From NCBI GenBank assembly GCA_973895155.1, contig OZ316898.1, forward strand, positions 1,304,751 to 1,368,750: a stretch of 64,000 nucleotides of DNA, written 5' to 3'. The notes beneath the pieces are model-generated. The model searched no databases and had not been told where the DNA came from. It was given only the letters and a program-made list of their open reading frames with translations. Every line of letters begins with the position of its first letter. The stretch's first letter is position 1. Shown in pieces: positions 61,681 to 64,000 of the stretch. The position numbers and the translations under genes were made by a program. The DNA is from Marsupella aquatica. Lineage: Eukaryota; Plantae; Marchantiophyta.

Positions 61681-63978
61681 TCAGGTAGCACGTGGAGCAC
61701 AGGAAGGGCAAAACCATAACCCTTCTGGCACCTAGGTAAGTTCAGGCCGAAGGCAGAAAAGATGGTACCCTCCATTGCAATTGTCACACAGCAGCATCTG
61801 GTCAGCATCATCAACTTGCAAACACACTTTGCAAGGGTAGTCCACAGGTGGAATCCAGGTAGAAGTCACAATGGTGGGATCCAGGTTAGGCAGATGACAA
61901 GGGGCGCAATTCTTGGCATTGTCAGCAATTGTGCGCCCATCTGCCCCTTGTAACTCTAGCACTCCAGACGGTCGAATAGCTTTAACCCTGAGAATAGTAC
62001 GACTGGTAGAGGTGTCGTTAGCTTGCCGTTGCAAGTACACAAAATCTCCCACTTCAAACTTCCTGACCTTTGGCTGAAAAGTGCCCCCTCGTGTGTGTGC
62101 ATAACACAGTGTGTCCCTGTGCTGTGCGATGGCCAAATTCTCCATGGCCATGGGCATAACCCTCCTGAATAGGGCAGCCCTCTCAGAGATCACATCAGAC
62201 CAAGTCACAGCTGAATCCAAGTCTACCACCTGAAGCATGTGAGCAGCAATAGCAGAAGGTGGAACTGGGTGACGACCAAACAACAAGAAGTAGGGAGAAA
62301 AGTTAGACAGTGATGCATGTCTGGACATCCTATACCCCATGGCAATGTAGGGTAAGGCCAGGTCCCAATCCTCCTTGTTTTTGGTGAGGCAAATCTTCCG
62401 GAGACCCTTCTTGCATGTCTGAACCATGCGCTCTGCCAAGCCATCTGCCTGTGGGTGATCTCGTGATGTTCGGCGATGATCAATGAGGGCCTGATCAAGC
62501 AGCTCCTGGAACTCTCCTCTAAACTCTGAGCCCTGGTCAGTGAGACATTCTGCACAAGCTCCAAACTGACTGAGAACTTGTTGCAGGAATGCCTGGCTGG
62601 TGCTATGAGAGGTCTTATCCGGCAATGCCACAAGTTCTATCCACTTGAATGGAGAAATGCTCTATCATGATCATGATGTAGAGATTACCCCGAGACGTGA
62701 GGGGTAATTCTCTAGCCAAATCACATGACCAGCGATAAAACATGCCCTGAATAGGGAGTGGATGAAGTGTGGGTTGCCGAGATGTGAAAGAAGTCCTCAC
62801 CCTATCACACTGTTCACACCAGGCAATAACATCTCGAACCTGGCCATGCATGTCTCTCCAATGATAATGAGGGACCAAGAGGCTGTAAGTCCTCTTAACG
62901 CCTAAATGACCAAGCTCAGAATGTACCTTACGGATAAGGCCAACCCTCTCATGAATGGGTGGAACCACCACTTCCCTGTCTGGCAAGCAGCGCACGAGAT
63001 GATCTCCCTTCCACGAGTAACGCTTGGACCTTTGCTGAATTCGGTCTCTCTGGGCAGCAGTAACATGTATGGGGTACTCCCCATGCTGCAAAAATCTCAG
63101 AGTGTCGTTGTCCTCCCATATGTCCACCACAGGTTGGTCAACAACGTAGCATGGCAGCAAAGCAAGATAGGTAGATGCATGAAATGTAGGTAGGATGGAA
63201 ACCTGGTCAAAATCCTGCCGTGCATCTGAGGAATCATCAGAGGCAATCAAAGGGCTGCGGGACATAGTGTCAGCATTTTGATGTGTCACACCAGGCCTAT
63301 GAATTATCTCAAAATCATACTCCCGGAGTATGAGCGCCCAACGAGCAAGCTTGCCAGTAAGCTTTCGTTGGTCATCAACCACTTCAAGGGCTGATGGTCG
63401 GTATAGAGAACAAACCTGGTCCCATAGAGGTAGGGCCTGTAATGTATGATAGCCCACACAACAGCAAGGCATTCACCCTCATAAGAAGAATAATGACTCT
63501 CTGCCTGATTGTTGCTCCTGGATGCATAGGCAATGACGTACTCTTTACCTTCCTCATCATGTTGGCCCAGAATGGCACCAATCCCAAGGGCACTCTAATC
63601 TGTGTGTAACACAAAGACCTTGCTGAAATCAGGTCTTCTCAGCACCGGGTATTCTGAGAGCTTCTCCTTCAAAGTGGCAAATGCTGCCTCAGCATCTGTA
63701 CTCCATGTCCAAGTCACATTCTTTTTCAACAAAGCAGACAATGGGTGTGCAATGGTACTGAAATCTTTGATGTAGATCCGGTAGTAATTGCACAACCCAA
63801 TAAAACTCCTCAAAGTGTGAACATCGGTAGGAGTGGGCATTTCCAAGATGGATACCACCTTGGCCCAGTGAGCCATGGTTCCATTTGGAAGAATGCGATG
63901 CCCAAGATATACTACTGATCTGAAAGCAAATTCACACTTCTTGGGGTGTATCTTTAGGTTCACCTTCTTAAGCCTCAT
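61681..63978 (-). pseudogene. Gypsy pol remnant with C-terminal PHD finger
   Basis: Several frameshifts. The PHD reads CKVC..MLLCDNCNGGYHLFC..(TAG at 61732)..VPEGLWFCPSC. Confidence 0.85.
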
Positions 63979-64000
63979 GAATAGCTCCTCAAGGTCAAGT

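Larger units (their letters stand above)
60934..64000 (-). mobile_element. Ty3/Gypsy LTR retrotransposon, 3' half (RT end, RNase H, integrase, PHD finger, PPT, LTR), frameshifted; continues beyond the window
   Basis: RT/RH segment LKIHPKKCEF..YLGHRI..LRSFIGLCNYY..FVLHTD and KLARWALILREYDFEIIHRPG..ADTMSR. Integrase HHCC (HSELGHLG..CEQC) and core LTDQGSEF..HPQADGLAERM. Domain order is RT-RH-INT. Confidence 0.93.

Overview
Eukaryotic, intron-containing plant DNA, most likely from a non-seed land plant (bryophyte-like; this is inference). The first 23 kb hold four host genes: the 3' part of a PepT/SLC15-like POT peptide transporter (+), a CPYC glutaredoxin (-), BSH/SNF5 (-) and an SBT2-type subtilase (+). 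A 5'-truncated RLE-type non-LTR retrotransposon lies between them. The main feature is a ~13 kb DNA transposon at 24880-37864, with 25-bp TIRs, a 4-bp TTGT target-site duplication and an intact 1229-aa Sola-like DDE transposase (+). From a bidirectional promoter-like region it also carries a divergent, decayed cargo unit (-) encoding a ParB-like domain, a permuted N6A/N4C DNA-methyltransferase-like domain and an FCP1/NIF-type HAD phosphatase. About 20 copies of a 17-bp palindrome, CTCGAGA-NNN-TCTCGAG, lie mostly in the introns, UTRs and promoter of this element and were not seen elsewhere in the window. The 3-nt spacer flips orientation with transcription direction. I propose this as a candidate transposon-encoded, sequence-specific self-recognition or anti-silencing system (parS/ParB-like or VANC-like); it is untested. 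The rest of the window is intergenic, with tandem repeats, a TA-inserted MITE beside its own empty site, and the 3' half of a Ty3/Gypsy element with a PHD-finger integrase and an unusual partial-LTR/LTR junction. No RNA genes or CRISPR arrays were recognised.
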